Assembly: GCA_976551045.1 (NCBI GenBank)
Contig: CDPCPM010000160.1
Span: 930,001 to 994,000 of the forward strand
Length of the DNA stretch: 64,000 bases
Direction of reading: 5' to 3'
From: Glaucostegus cemiculus
Taxonomy: Eukaryota
In this document: positions 26,001 to 35,969 of the stretch, one piece after another
Layout: every line of letters starts with the position of its first letter
Numbering within the stretch: the first letter of the stretch is position 1
Notes under the pieces: generated by a model
Seen by the model: only the letters and a program-made list of their open reading frames with translations
What the model was told of the DNA's origin: nothing
Databases searched by the model: none
Position numbers and translations under genes: made by a program

Positions 26001-29000
26001 GATAGATAACAAATTGCCGGCATGAACTTTGCAAGCCGAAAGAGTCTGTTTCCATTCTCTGTGACTCTGTATCTCTCGGACTGGACTGATGCAGTCTTGA
26101 GGATTTTGTCACAATGGACTTTAACCTGTGTATTTTTATTTGTTTTAAAGTCTCCTTATGAGAAAAGAAGAGACGGAGTATAATGCCAAAGGTGATGAAC
26201 TGCAAATCCCCGGTCAGTTGTCTTTAATGAGAATTCTCACCTCTGGGGAGGGTGAGGAGTGGAGTTGTGACAACGAATCCAGGGATGAGGAGCTTCAATG
26301 GCGGAATCTCTGGGATCGTTCACCTTGTGTTTAACATACGGAAGGATGTATATAGTGAGAGAGAGGGTGGGTGAGAGGAAAGCAGAGCAGAGGAGAGGAG
26401 AGCAGAGAAGAGCAGAGGAGAGCAGAGAGAGGAGCGAGAGGGGAGAAATGTGAGAAAGAAGGGAAGAGAGAAATGATAGAGTGGAGAGAAGGGAAGCAAA
26501 GAGAGCGGGGGAGAGAGAGAGCAGTTGTTCAAAGTGACGGACCGGACAACACGGCATACTGGCAAAAGAGCAAAGTTATAAAACTGTAATTTTAAGCAAA
26601 GACAGCTCCTAAAAACTGATTCTGTGTTCTGTTCTGTGCATCCGCAGCTGTCTTTGTTGTTCTTACAAATAACTGATTGATTATCGTGTTACAAGAATTT
26701 ACTTTTAACCAGTACAGAGTTGGCTTCCTTGATCACAGACTTTACCTTTCCCAGCGGTCAAACATTACCTTGTCAATAAATCGCAAGCACATCAGCAACA
26801 GGTGGTGTTCCGCCATTCGGCCCCTCGAGCACCCTCTCATACTCAATGATGTTATCGTTGCTCCGTGATCCCCAAACCCTTGACTCACATTTCGCCGAAT
26901 ACACCTCCGTCTATGCTGGGTTAGAACACATAATGTCTGATCCCCCACAGCTCCTTAGAATTTTCTCCACATCTCCGGTTGAAGATAGAGACCCCATAAT
27001 TCCGAACCTTGGTCCCCAGCTGTACAATTTCCCCAGAAGGGGAACTATCTTCTAGACAGCTGTATTACTCTGGTGTGATTGATATCAGATCAAACTGAAA
27101 TTTAAAATTACAATGCTAACACAGACCATCAGACAAATAGGAGAATATGCAGGACACTCGGCCTCTATAAACTAACCCGGCATTCGAATCAATGCAGCTG
27201 ATCAATGTTGGCCTCAGCGCCAGTTCTGTGCCACTTCGCCATAACCATCTAGTCCTCGATCGTTCAAATATTTATCAATCTCCACCTTAAATTTATCCAG
27301 TGATCCGGCATCCACCACGCTCGGAAATAGAATCCAAGACATTCACTGCACTCTGAGAGAAGACATTTCCCTTTACCCACGTTTTAAATAACCGGGCCTT
27401 TATATTGTAACTGTGCTGGCTTGTTCATGAGTCTCCCTCTGGTAGAAACATCTTAGCATCGGACATAGAACAGGCGCTTCGGCCCACCCTGTCTGTGCAG
27501 AACATGTGCCAAATTAAACTGATTCCATCTGCCTGCACATGATCCACATCCCTCCATTCCCTGACTGTTTATATCTCTTGGACACCAATATGGTGTCGCT
27601 TCCATCACCAGCCCTGACCACTCCTTCCAGTCACCCACCACTCTGTGATACAAACTGAGCCCACAATCTCCTTTGAACTTTCCCCCTCTGCCCAAGGATG
27701 TGCCCTCTTGAATCCAGAGTGTTCCCTGTCAAGCAGACTTAGGATCTTATATGATGAAATAAGAAAACCTCCATTCTTCTGAACACCAATGCATACAAAC
27801 CCAAACTCTCCAGGTTATGGTGAGGCTCAGGCTGAGGATTAGGGTTCCGGTTAGGTTTAGGGTCAGGGCCATGCATTGTGTAGGGTTCCGGTTGTCTTAA
27901 TAGAAAAACCCACATCCCAGGAATGAGCCTGGTGAATCTGCTTTGGGCCTCCTCCAATGCTACTATATCGGGGGGTTTAGGTAAGGGGAGGAAATCTGTG
28001 AACAGTGCTCCAGATGTGACCTCTCCAGAATCCTGTACAACTGTAACAGGACCCTCCAATTCATCAATTCCTTTGCAGTAATGGCCAAGGTGCCGGTGAC
28101 AACCATGTCTTGGTGAACAGGGGCCTTGCTGATGGGAGGAGACTGCGTTAAAAGCTGTAACTCCATTTCTCCTTTACTTGTATTTACAGAACCCGTGTCT
28201 AGTGTCACTGTAGCACGCAACAATTTAAGTCCCGTGGAAATCAACGATACAGTTGTACTCATTTGTGACGCGCAGGGCACTATTCAGAGACGAACATGGT
28301 TGAAAAATAACCAACCCATCCAGGAAAATGACAGAATATTTACATCTTCAGATAAAGCAGATCTGACCATAACCCGTGTTAACAGAACTGACACAGGGAC
28401 ATATAACTGTACCGTAAGCAATGATTACAATAGCGGCCGTGCAGCAATCTACATGCAAGTTAACTGTAAGTACACAGACTGCTCAAAACATTAGCTTGCG
28501 TTTAATATTATTCATTACAGAATCCACATACCTTCTCGACTTCTGTTTGTAGATGGACCGGAAAACGTTATAATTCTGCCGCAGGGACCAGTTGAGGCAG
28601 ATATTGTCTCAAGTCTTACATTAACTTGTTCTGCCCAGTCAGTCCCCAGAGGTGAATATAAATGGTACAATCGGACAAATCATCTACAGACAGGGCAGCA
28701 GTACACCATCGAGCCAGGAAGGTCGGTTGACAGTGGGACTTATACTTGTGAGGTTTATAACAACGTAACCATGAAACGCAGCAGCCACACCGTCGAAGTA
28801 CTCGCACGGAGTAAGTACATTTTCTCTCTGTATTTGACTGAGATTGTCTTCATAAAGATCTCAGCAGGTGTATTTTCAGAACCTCCCGGTCTCCTCCTCT
28901 GTCTGACTTGCTAATCAGAGGGACAATGATTCGGTGTTCTTGGAAACTTTAAATGTGGAAAGAATTATCAGCCAAGACAAAGGGTTTAAAGGGATTCACT

Positions 29001-32000
29001 TATTAGCCATGAACCCGTTATTTTAAATTCCTTGGATACGCCTATAACGGATGAGGTTACCTTCGAGCTTTGACAAAGCTTTGGTAACTCAAGAACAAGT
29101 GAAACTCTGGGTGAACTTAATGGAGAGTTGTTTTCACTGCTTCGATGATTGTTAGCAGGACCACCGGAAACGGTTCTACACCATGACAGTTTCGGTTGAC
29201 AGCACTGCTTTTGTGAACGGGCAGATTCTGGAGTTTTGAGTTGATGGAATGTTTCTCAGCACCCAGAAACTCGGGCAGTACTAACTGAACATCAGGAAGC
29301 GCGGAAGGTAATAAACCTGCGTGTGTAAGATTCAACAGCTGGAGATACGGAAAACAGCAATGCTTGAGCCAATTCTGATAATTTAAGTAACAGAATGTTC
29401 TGGAATGAAGTCAGAAAATTCAGTAGGTCGAGAAATGCCCGCGGATAGAGAAACTGCGTCAATGTTTCAGGTTGCAGATACTGACCCGGGGCAGAGAGGT
29501 GGAGAAATCAGTAACGGGGGCCTCAAAATTGAAATGGACCGTCACTGGAGACGGAGGGAAAATAGACTGTGGGATTCCTCGACCAGTTCTTGCCGAGGGT
29601 CTTCGACTTGAATCGTTAACTCTTTCCATCTGCACTGATGCTCCCTGACCGGTTGAGTGGTTCCAGGATTTCCGCTTTTCATTTAAGTTTTCCAGCATCT
29701 GCAGTTTTCCGTTTCCCATTTTCATCGAGATCAGATCAATAAACCGGTGAGGAAACGTTACCCTCTGTCTTTAAGCAAACTGCCGGACGCGGGGTCCGCG
29801 GTGTTCATGTGCTTACGGACTCTGTCTCGGCAGGGCATAGTGAGAGGACAGTTGGAAGAGCACATGAATGCAGGAATAGAGACTGATTTCCATGAAGGCA
29901 AACCGGTTTTCTGGGACGATGCCTTGGTGTGTGCAGAATGGATTCACTTTGGAGCTTCAGGGAAAAAAGAGATATTGAGTAGGAAAGCCATGAAATTGTG
30001 CTAATCATTCCTAATACCGTGCTTGGGGTGCAAGTATTGTCTGTTGTCCCGGTCGCCACACCAGGGAGGATGTGAATGTCTCAGAACCTGCAGAGGAGAT
30101 CTGTTGGTGTGCACCCGTAGGTCAGGGATTTCAGTTCCAGGGATATAGGGGAGTAGCAGGGACTATTCCCCTCGGAACAAAGCAGACTGAGGGACGACTT
30201 GTTAAGGAGTAGATGAAGACGTCTGCTTTTGGTAAACAATAAATGCGGTCGAGTTGTGCGGACGAGCTATTTAGTGTATGACTTGGAACTCACTGCCCAC
30301 AAGTGCTGTAGAGGAGCAGACAATTATTGATTCTGAAAGGAAATGGTTTCGGCTCTTGACTGAGATAATCTCGCAGCACACCGGATAGATCGGAACAATC
30401 TTACAGGTTGGCTCACTCTCTAGACAGCAAGCATGAACTGATGGGCCGACTGGCACTTCCCCTCACGCACTGAGTTTTTGACTTGTGCAGACGTCAGTGG
30501 GGACATGGAAATTACCCTAGAAACGGCAAACGTTGAAAATATGAAATAAAGTGCCGGAAAATTATTATCTCAGGAAGCACCTGCGGAAAGAGAAACGCTT
30601 AACTTCCATTGTTCCCCTCTCCACTGGTGTCCTGCCTAACAAGCTGGTCTTCTCCAATATTTCTCTTTTCATTTCCCCGGACTCTGTGGCTCCCAGGGTC
30701 CGCGGTTCACGGGACAACAAATTCAAATCCAAGCTTTAAAAAGTTAGGTGAAACTGATGAAAACATTCATCAGTCACGCAATCATTGACATTTCCGGTCC
30801 GTTTCTCTCTGTGCAAATTCTGACTAACCTTCTCGGTGTTTTTGCAGAAGGTTCTGTAACTACGTCAGATGAACAGCTTTCCCCGGTGCGTTTTTCATTC
30901 TTTTCATTTATTGCGGAATTCTTGGGGGTCTCAGTTTACTCTAGCGGCCTTGAAATGGTAATTTGACAATATGTAAAATGAAAGCGCATTCCCCTCGCTG
31001 CAATTCGAACTAGTGTTCGTTGTCTAATGGGATAAAGTGCCCATTAAAATGGTCTGGAAGGTCACTCAGCTCAAGGGACAGTTAGGGATTGGTACTAAAT
31101 TCTGACCATCTGGGCGAAGCCCGGATCCAACAACGACTCGATGAGGAATGCCGCAAAATGCAGTAGAACCTAATTTCTCCTGAAAGGTTATCAGGAAAAT
31201 TGATCCATTTTGGGGGGAGATCCGTGCAATGGTTCTGATCCAGATGGATTTATGAAGAATTTTATTTCCAATTCAGTTCTCGATTTTTCTGCTGCTCCGG
31301 GGCATGAAGCACGTCACGAGGTTTCCCCTCACGGTGGCCACGGAGAGCACGCCTCCACCGACATTGGAGACAGCAAAAATGAGAGATCACTTCAGGCCCA
31401 TTATTTCATCAACAAGTGTTGTTATCTGTAATTCTTCACGTGTGTTGCGCAAAGTTATCGCACGGACTCGGCAGGCATATGCTTCAGAAATCTTTATTGT
31501 AGCATGATATGATGGAGAGCCAGACTCCTAAAAGCAGAGTTCCAGCACGCCCAAGAAATTACAACCTTTATTTATATTGCAGCAGTAAGTAACTACAAAC
31601 ATCCAAGTACAAAAAGCAGAAGTGAATAGCAGAAATAAATGGCGGAAGTGAGACACCATGGTTTCAGCCTCAGTCTGGCACTTATAAGGAAAAAAGTATA
31701 ATTAGATTGCCGCATCCTACGTGGCGGACACACTAAAAACATCACTATACATGGAGAGCTGTTTGGCTACCGGCAGAGCAAAGGTTAATGCTCTCGCTCA
31801 CCATGTGCAGAAATTCGAGCACATTCTCAACTGCCTTTAACATTTCTCCCGCAACGTATTTTACTCTCCGCCCCATTTAAACCTTCCTCGCCAATAAACC
31901 GTGCGACGCACACACAAGCGGGGTGGACGCTGGACAGCACACCCGTCTTCAGGAAGCAACACCTAACCTCTCTCAATTAACAGCAAGGGAAACGGAAAGA

Positions 32001-35000
32001 CTGCGTAGCTGTCAGAATTGTATTCCCAGAACAATTACCCAATACAATTCCCAGAATTGTATTGGGTAATTTGCAAACTACTATTTTCTGCCATTTATTT
32101 TCTGATGTTTAAAGCTCAACAATGAGCTCGAGGTACCACAAACAATCAAAATTGCACGGATATTGACTCTGTTCACTTAGTTCCTTTCCAATGCATCACG
32201 TCTCCTTATTTCCTCAATTCCATTTTCAGTTCGCAATGTTCACACTCCCGGAGGTTTGTCAGCTGGGGCGATAGCCGGGATTGTGATTGGCGTTGTTGCT
32301 GGAATTGCCATTGTGGGTGCATTCGCTGCCTGGTTTATCAAGAAATATGCAAGCAGGTATATATGTTTCATTAAATCTTTACCTTCATGTTGATTATACT
32401 CCCTAAGACCTGACGTCCTGAAGTAACCAATGATTTGTTGCAGAACGATTTGCGTGTACTCTATCCTGTCAGCCGACGGTGTGCGTATTTCTCCCGAACC
32501 TTCCATACTTGTTCGATTTACAGCTGCTCTTTAAATCTGCTCCTCTGTTTGACGGTTAGTCATTCAACCTCACTGCCGTGCAGTAGCAATCAAGCAATCA
32601 AGCACATTCTTCCATGACAGAAGGGGCATTCGGCCCATTTCTTTCCCCATTATTTGTGAATGGACTGCTTCACACATACACGGCAGGGGGACAGCAGCAA
32701 ACACAGGTCGCTGGATCTGCACGTCAGCACTGACTGCTATTCCACTATGCTGAAATTGTTCGACGCAGAGCCCTGTATTATTAATCCGACTTCTCTTGTT
32801 GAAATGCCACCATCCGAACAAGAGAAACTGAAGCTGGAGAATATCACAGCCCCTCGAGCCAATTATGCTCTACAATTTGATTGTTGATTTGATCTTGGCC
32901 TCAGTTCAACATATCCCCCATTCTCAAAAGCCCTTCACTCCGCATTGCACCAAGGATTTTTCTCTCTCGGCCGTGAGTATGTTCAATGCTTCCAAATCCA
33001 CAGAATGACAGAAGCCAAAGATTCACCGCCATTCATTACTCCTCCACACATTCTGATACAGGTGAAACCTTCTTCTGAAACATGCCCCCATGTTCAGGAG
33101 AAGTTCACTGTGGGAAACAACAACTTACCCGTCCATACCTCCTCAAAAAGAGGATTCAGGTTCAGAGACGGTGAGAGCTAACTTGAGCTGACTGAAGAAA
33201 TCTGTCCAATGACCATGAATAGCAAAATCATCCCATAGTCCAAGCTGATTCACACCTATCCATCTAGAAGGCGAGAGTGCGTCACTATCTTGTGTTATCT
33301 CCACGAATCTCAGAGACCATATGTGGAAAGATAAACGTATCGACTTAATATTCTTTCTTCAGAAATATCGTTATCTGAACATAAATAGGCCGAATATTAC
33401 AATGGGAATGTGATTGTTTCTACTTGCGGTTTGATTGACACCTCTGTGCCCAGAGCAGATAATTTGATATCTCTGTTTCAACGTCCTGTTCCCTACTGTC
33501 AAGGTGCAACAATAAATGTGATTTCTGTCGGAATTCCCGTTCACTGAATTAGTCTATTGACCAATCTTTTATTTTCAGAATTCATATTTTGATCCGTGTT
33601 TGCTTACTTAGGATGAAAGTTGCGGAGATACATCACGGGAGAGGAAAACCAGGAGTAAACAGTGAGTAGAAAGCGTTTTCACAGCTGTCAGTATAAGACG
33701 TTGGTTGGGCCACACTTGGAATATTGTGTGCTGTTCTGTTCACCGCAGTATGGAACGTATGTGGTTGAGTGGGGAAGAGATTCGCCAGGATGTGGCCTGG
33801 AATGGAGGACTTTAGTTCCAAGGGGAGGTTATACGCTGGGATAGTTGTCCGTGGAGTACAGGTGGCTGAAGCTAACCTTTCCAGTTTCACATAATCATGA
33901 GGTATATACTCACTGACCTTTCCGAACGTAGATGAACGTGGATCAAGAGTAAATATGTGAGAAGGAAAATACTGAAAGGAGAAAAGAGAGGCACGTTTGT
34001 CATACAAACTGTGGTGGGTGATTGGAACTGGCTGCCAGAGGAGGTGGTTGAAATAGGTATAATCACAGCGTTCACAAAGCATTTTCATAGGTGTACGTAT
34101 AGGAAAGGTAAAGAGGGATAGGATCCAAATGCAGGAACTTAGGATCAAAGTGGATGCGCATTTCTGTCGGCATGGTTTCGTCGGGCCAAATGGCCTGTTT
34201 CGCGGCTGTAATACTCTATCACTTCATGTGACAGGAAATACAAAGGATGTTGCTGCGCAGATCCGTGGACCTCACAGAGATACTCGTATAATTCTTAGAG
34301 TCAAAACTGTGAAAGAGGCAGTCGGAATCATGAGGTGTCCTCGGATGGCTTAAACGGCTGCTGAGACGGTTATATTCCAGTGAGAAGAAGTGGCGTCAGG
34401 GGAGGTGACTGAGGGGGAATATTTCTGTATAGAGTTGCTACTGTCTGGAAAGTTGCTCCATTTTTCAGTTTGGTCGCCCGTCAGTCTTCAAGGTTGCAAG
34501 ACTCTGAAGCGGAATTGAGTAGCGGTTGAGTTTGCCCGGTGAGGTCCATCTTCTGCATAACTAAAATGTACAATGCTTGACCTGGCTGTGCACTGAACTG
34601 GATCGGTGCCAACTTCTCAAGGATAACAAGGATCTGCAAATCCTGCCACCGAGAAGGAGAAGAACAGGATCAGACCTTAAGTTGGTCAAATCTACAGGGC
34701 TTGTGCGAAAGGGGCGGAACTTATGAAATTGGTGTGATGCGCTTCCAATGTATCCAACAGGCGTTCCTCCGTAGGTGAAAACTAATATTGAATCTGTTTG
34801 CTCTGATAAATAAACGTGTTGTATTCCCACAGACACCTTGGCTACGGATGTTGCAGACTCGGCACAGACGTATGAAAATATACCAAGGAATCAAAAGGTT
34901 AGTACAAGTGCATCATGATGATGTTCCAATCAACATCATTTTTATATACATAACGTAGAATGTTGATGTAGAACATAAAAATAATTCCTCCTACAGCAGT

Positions 35001-35969
35001 TGTGGATTGGGGTCAGCAGACTGGGGTCCTTAGGAATATACATCTATAAAACTTGCATTCTTCCTTTTCATGTTCGAATTCACTCTCGTACCTCAGAACA
35101 ATCTTTAACACACGTTTGGATAAGGAACACGCAGGAATAGGAAGCCTTAAGAGGGCTCTGGGCCAAATGCGGGCAGTCAGGACATGATCGTTGGCTCCTT
35201 GGTCAGGATGGACCAGTTGGGCCGAATGACCCGTCTCCATGCAGTAGGATTGTATCGCTCCGTGACTCTATGAATCGTTGGGAATGGTCATGATCAGGTG
35301 TAGCTCGCCAACTGACTTCACTATCGAACTATCGTAACACTGGACTCTCTAATAATTTGGTTAATGACACTTTGTGGGTCCACATCTGTGAGCGAATTGC
35401 GAAACAAACTCTATCTGTGTGTAGACTAGGTTTTCGGTACAAAGTTGTTTAAAGCAGCAATGGATGTGAACACTGCTTCCTTTAGGTTTCATTGGGAGGA
35501 GAGATAATGACATTCTCTGTCTTGTCGGTTGATTCATTCGGTATTTTATTACTTTCCCATCAACAGAGTAGCGCTCACCCGACCGATGAAAACTCCACTT
35601 ACATGGTAAGGGAATTGTGTTTTATTCTTTTGAGGTAAATACTTCTATTTTCACCGTTTCGAACCAAACCCAAACGTAAACCACTCTATCACGGGAACCC
35701 CCTTTAACACATGGCAAGTTCACAGCTGATCCTATCTCCCACGTACACTTTCCGGCCCGATCCCCATGTACGCCGATTCACGCACTGTCCGAGAGCCTAT
35801 CGGTCTCAGCGTGGAACACTCTCAACGTCTTCTCTATGATCTTATTATACACGTCTGTCAATGTCTGCTTCTGCTAATATTTGTTTGCGAATCATAACGA
35901 CCTGTTCATGTTCAACAGGGACTGGTGTTGGAAGATCGATCACTTTACAGCGACCTAAGGAGGAATTAG
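2032..35969 (+). CDS. Gene 1: CEACAM-like type I membrane receptor, L-N-(A-B)x4-TM-cytoplasmic ITAM, 949 aa; join(2032..2083,2254..2568,9387..9662,10293..10556,16324..16599,18404..18667,20360..20635,22201..22461,28190..28465,28553..28810,32230..32356,33612..33661,34833..34897,35567..35605,35919..35969)
   Basis: All introns GT-AG and phase-compatible; joined frame open from ATG to TAG (2850 nt). Cys-less IgV domain, alternating EPVSKP- and YGP-type IgC2 exons, and a TM GLSAGAIAGIVIGVVA nearly identical to the CEACAM1 TM start. Orthology to a named CEACAM cannot be assigned. Confidence 0.9.
2254..2568 (+). CDS. Gene 1 exon 2: IgV-like N domain without cysteines
   Basis: GESQFTINVEHSQ...SW...RAEVFTSNRSLLLQSVNTSDSGQYTV...LRVL; DxGxY motif present and no Cys, a CEACAM N-domain hallmark; acceptor TTCCTCAG, donor G|GTGAGT. 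Confidence 0.93.
5455..5620 (+). mobile_element. Non-LTR retroposon 3' tail (Rex1/RTE-like) with (CAATAA/CCAATA)n end
   Basis: TTTTCACTGTACCTCGGTA...GTGACAATAATAAACCAATA; related copy at 52200-52460; family assignment from recall. Confidence 0.6.
7636..7730. repeat. (CT)n-rich low-complexity tract
   Basis: Pyrimidine-rich CT repeats. Confidence 0.85.
8060..9020 (+). mobile_element. Decayed CR1-clade LINE, RT/3' region
   Basis: Remnants of CR1 ORF2 motifs (KC.xMHFG; TTGGTAAGGCCACATTTGGAATAC = LVRPHLEY). Confidence 0.8.
9387..9662 (+). CDS. Gene 1 exon 3: IgC2 domain A1
   Basis: EAISKPTISANNTHPVEHNDAVALMC...W...RTDGEFVC...DPYNLNVA; 276 nt, phase 1/1. Confidence 0.93.
10293..10556 (+). CDS. 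Gene 1 exon 4: IgC2 domain B1 (absent from the ORF track)
   Basis: YGPESLIVSISPELDLYAAGSNVTFSCSAVSNPAAQFQW...SDNYTCKAFNSITQKSS; 264 nt; TTTTAG acceptor and G|GTAGGT donor. Confidence 0.93.
11130..12640 (-). mobile_element. Decayed CR1-clade LINE ORF2
   Basis: Minus-strand VPEGWRVSKVVPLFEKG, PVSL.SVGGKLLEK and MDFSKEFDKV remnants with frameshifts. Confidence 0.85.
12954..14790. repeat. Two diverged direct copies of a ~720-bp unit (about 12954-13667 and 14067-14790) separated by ~400 bp
   Basis: Both start TGTCAAAGGCAGTGAATCA and end near CTGCAACAAGTCTTC; collinear throughout with many substitutions. Confidence 0.92.
15015..15156 (-). mobile_element. tRNA-derived SINE (V-SINE/HE1-like)
   Basis: Minus strand CCTCACAGCTCCAGAGACCCGGGTTCGATCCTGACC (B box) followed by the GGTTCCTCCCA...TGTAAACTGCC core. 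Confidence 0.75.
16324..16599 (+). CDS. Gene 1 exon 5: IgC2 domain A2
   Basis: EPVSKPVITSNDTNPVEYNDTVSLTC...YLW...RSDEEFTC...DPFLLTVR; 276 nt. Confidence 0.93.
18404..18667 (+). CDS. Gene 1 exon 6: IgC2 domain B2
   Basis: YGPENLTTSISPDL...FSCSAVSNPAPAFQW...DTGSYTCEAFNNVT; 264 nt. Confidence 0.93.
20360..20635 (+). CDS. Gene 1 exon 7: IgC2 domain A3
   Basis: EPVSEPNIKDNATILIEYNDTVKLTC...YLW...RTDGPFTC...FDLDVY; 276 nt. Confidence 0.93.
20770..21075 (+). mobile_element. Ancient SINE-like fragment (related fragments near 17500-17800 and 31050-31130)
   Basis: TATATGTGACTCCAG...GGCAATTGGAGATG...GGCACTGCCAGTG resembles elasmobranch SINE 3' parts; from recall. Confidence 0.45.
22201..22461 (+). 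CDS. Gene 1 exon 8: IgC2 domain B3
   Basis: (C)GPDHPKITTNPDSPPYLAGSTFTLTCSAESRP...W...TGNYTCQAFN; 261 nt. Confidence 0.93.
23810..24045 (+). mobile_element. CR1 LINE 3' end
   Basis: TTCTTTACCCAGAGAGTGGTTGGGGCATGCAATGCGCTGCCTG (FFTQRVVGA.NALP) followed by CR1 3' UTR and TTCTATG tail. Confidence 0.85.
24700..25060 (+). mobile_element. Decayed LINE ORF2 C-terminal fragment
   Basis: CATTCATTCCACCACCTGCGCCAGTGGCTGCAGTGTGCACCATC resembles the HSLHHRRTVAAVCTI motif of elasmobranch LINEs; from recall. Confidence 0.55.
26355..26522. repeat. Purine-rich (GA/GAGCA)n low-complexity tract
   Basis: Direct reading. Confidence 0.85.
27120..28110 (-). mobile_element. Nested decayed CR1 fragments
   Basis: LLQLYRILERSHLEHC.Q..SPYL, DIVALEEAQSRFTRLIPGM and two CR1 3' ends. 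Confidence 0.8.
28190..28465 (+). CDS. Gene 1 exon 9: IgC2 domain A4
   Basis: EPVSSVTVARNNLSPVEINDTVVLIC...TWLKNNQPI...RTDTGTYNC; 276 nt. Confidence 0.93.
28553..28810 (+). CDS. Gene 1 exon 10: IgC2 domain B4
   Basis: YGPENVIILPQGPV...LTCSAQSVPRGEYKW...DSGTYTCEVYNNVT; 258 nt after an 87-bp intron; donor A|GTAAGT. Confidence 0.92.
32230..32356 (+). CDS. Gene 1 exon 11: stalk and transmembrane helix
   Basis: IRNVHTPGGLSAGAIAGIVIGVVAGIAIVGAFAAWFIKKYAS(R); basic stop-transfer residues; phase 1/2. Confidence 0.92.
33612..33661 (+). CDS. Gene 1 exon 12: cytoplasmic 1 (R)MKVAEIHHGRGKPGVN
   Basis: TTAG acceptor, A|GTGAGT donor; phase 2/1 bridges the TM exon and the next exon; same phases as the gene 2 counterpart. 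Confidence 0.75.
33685..34220 (+). mobile_element. CR1 LINE 3' fragment
   Basis: YKTLVGPHLEYCVLFCSPQY motif and CR1 3' UTR. Confidence 0.85.
34833..34897 (+). CDS. Gene 1 exon 13: cytoplasmic 2 NTLATDVADSAQTYENIPRNQK
   Basis: CCCACAG acceptor, AAG|GTTAGT donor; same length as and similar to gene 2 exon 47370-47434. Confidence 0.88.
35567..35605 (+). CDS. Gene 1 exon 14: cytoplasmic 3 SSAHPTDENSTYM (first ITAM tyrosine)
   Basis: CAACAG acceptor, ATG|GTAAGG donor; AACTCCACTTACATG identical in gene 2. Confidence 0.9.
35919..35969 (+). CDS. Gene 1 exon 15 coding part: GLVLEDRSLYSDLRRN* (completes the ITAM)
   Basis: TTCAACAG acceptor; TAG at 35967-35969; near-identical exon in gene 2. Confidence 0.9.
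   Translation, partial: GLVLEDRSLYSDLRRN

Noticed and set aside
27814-27870. Hexamer-periodic NTNAGG run resembling interstitial telomeric repeat
   Set aside because: Short and highly degenerate with only two exact TTAGGG units, inside a CR1 fragment; simple-repeat noise
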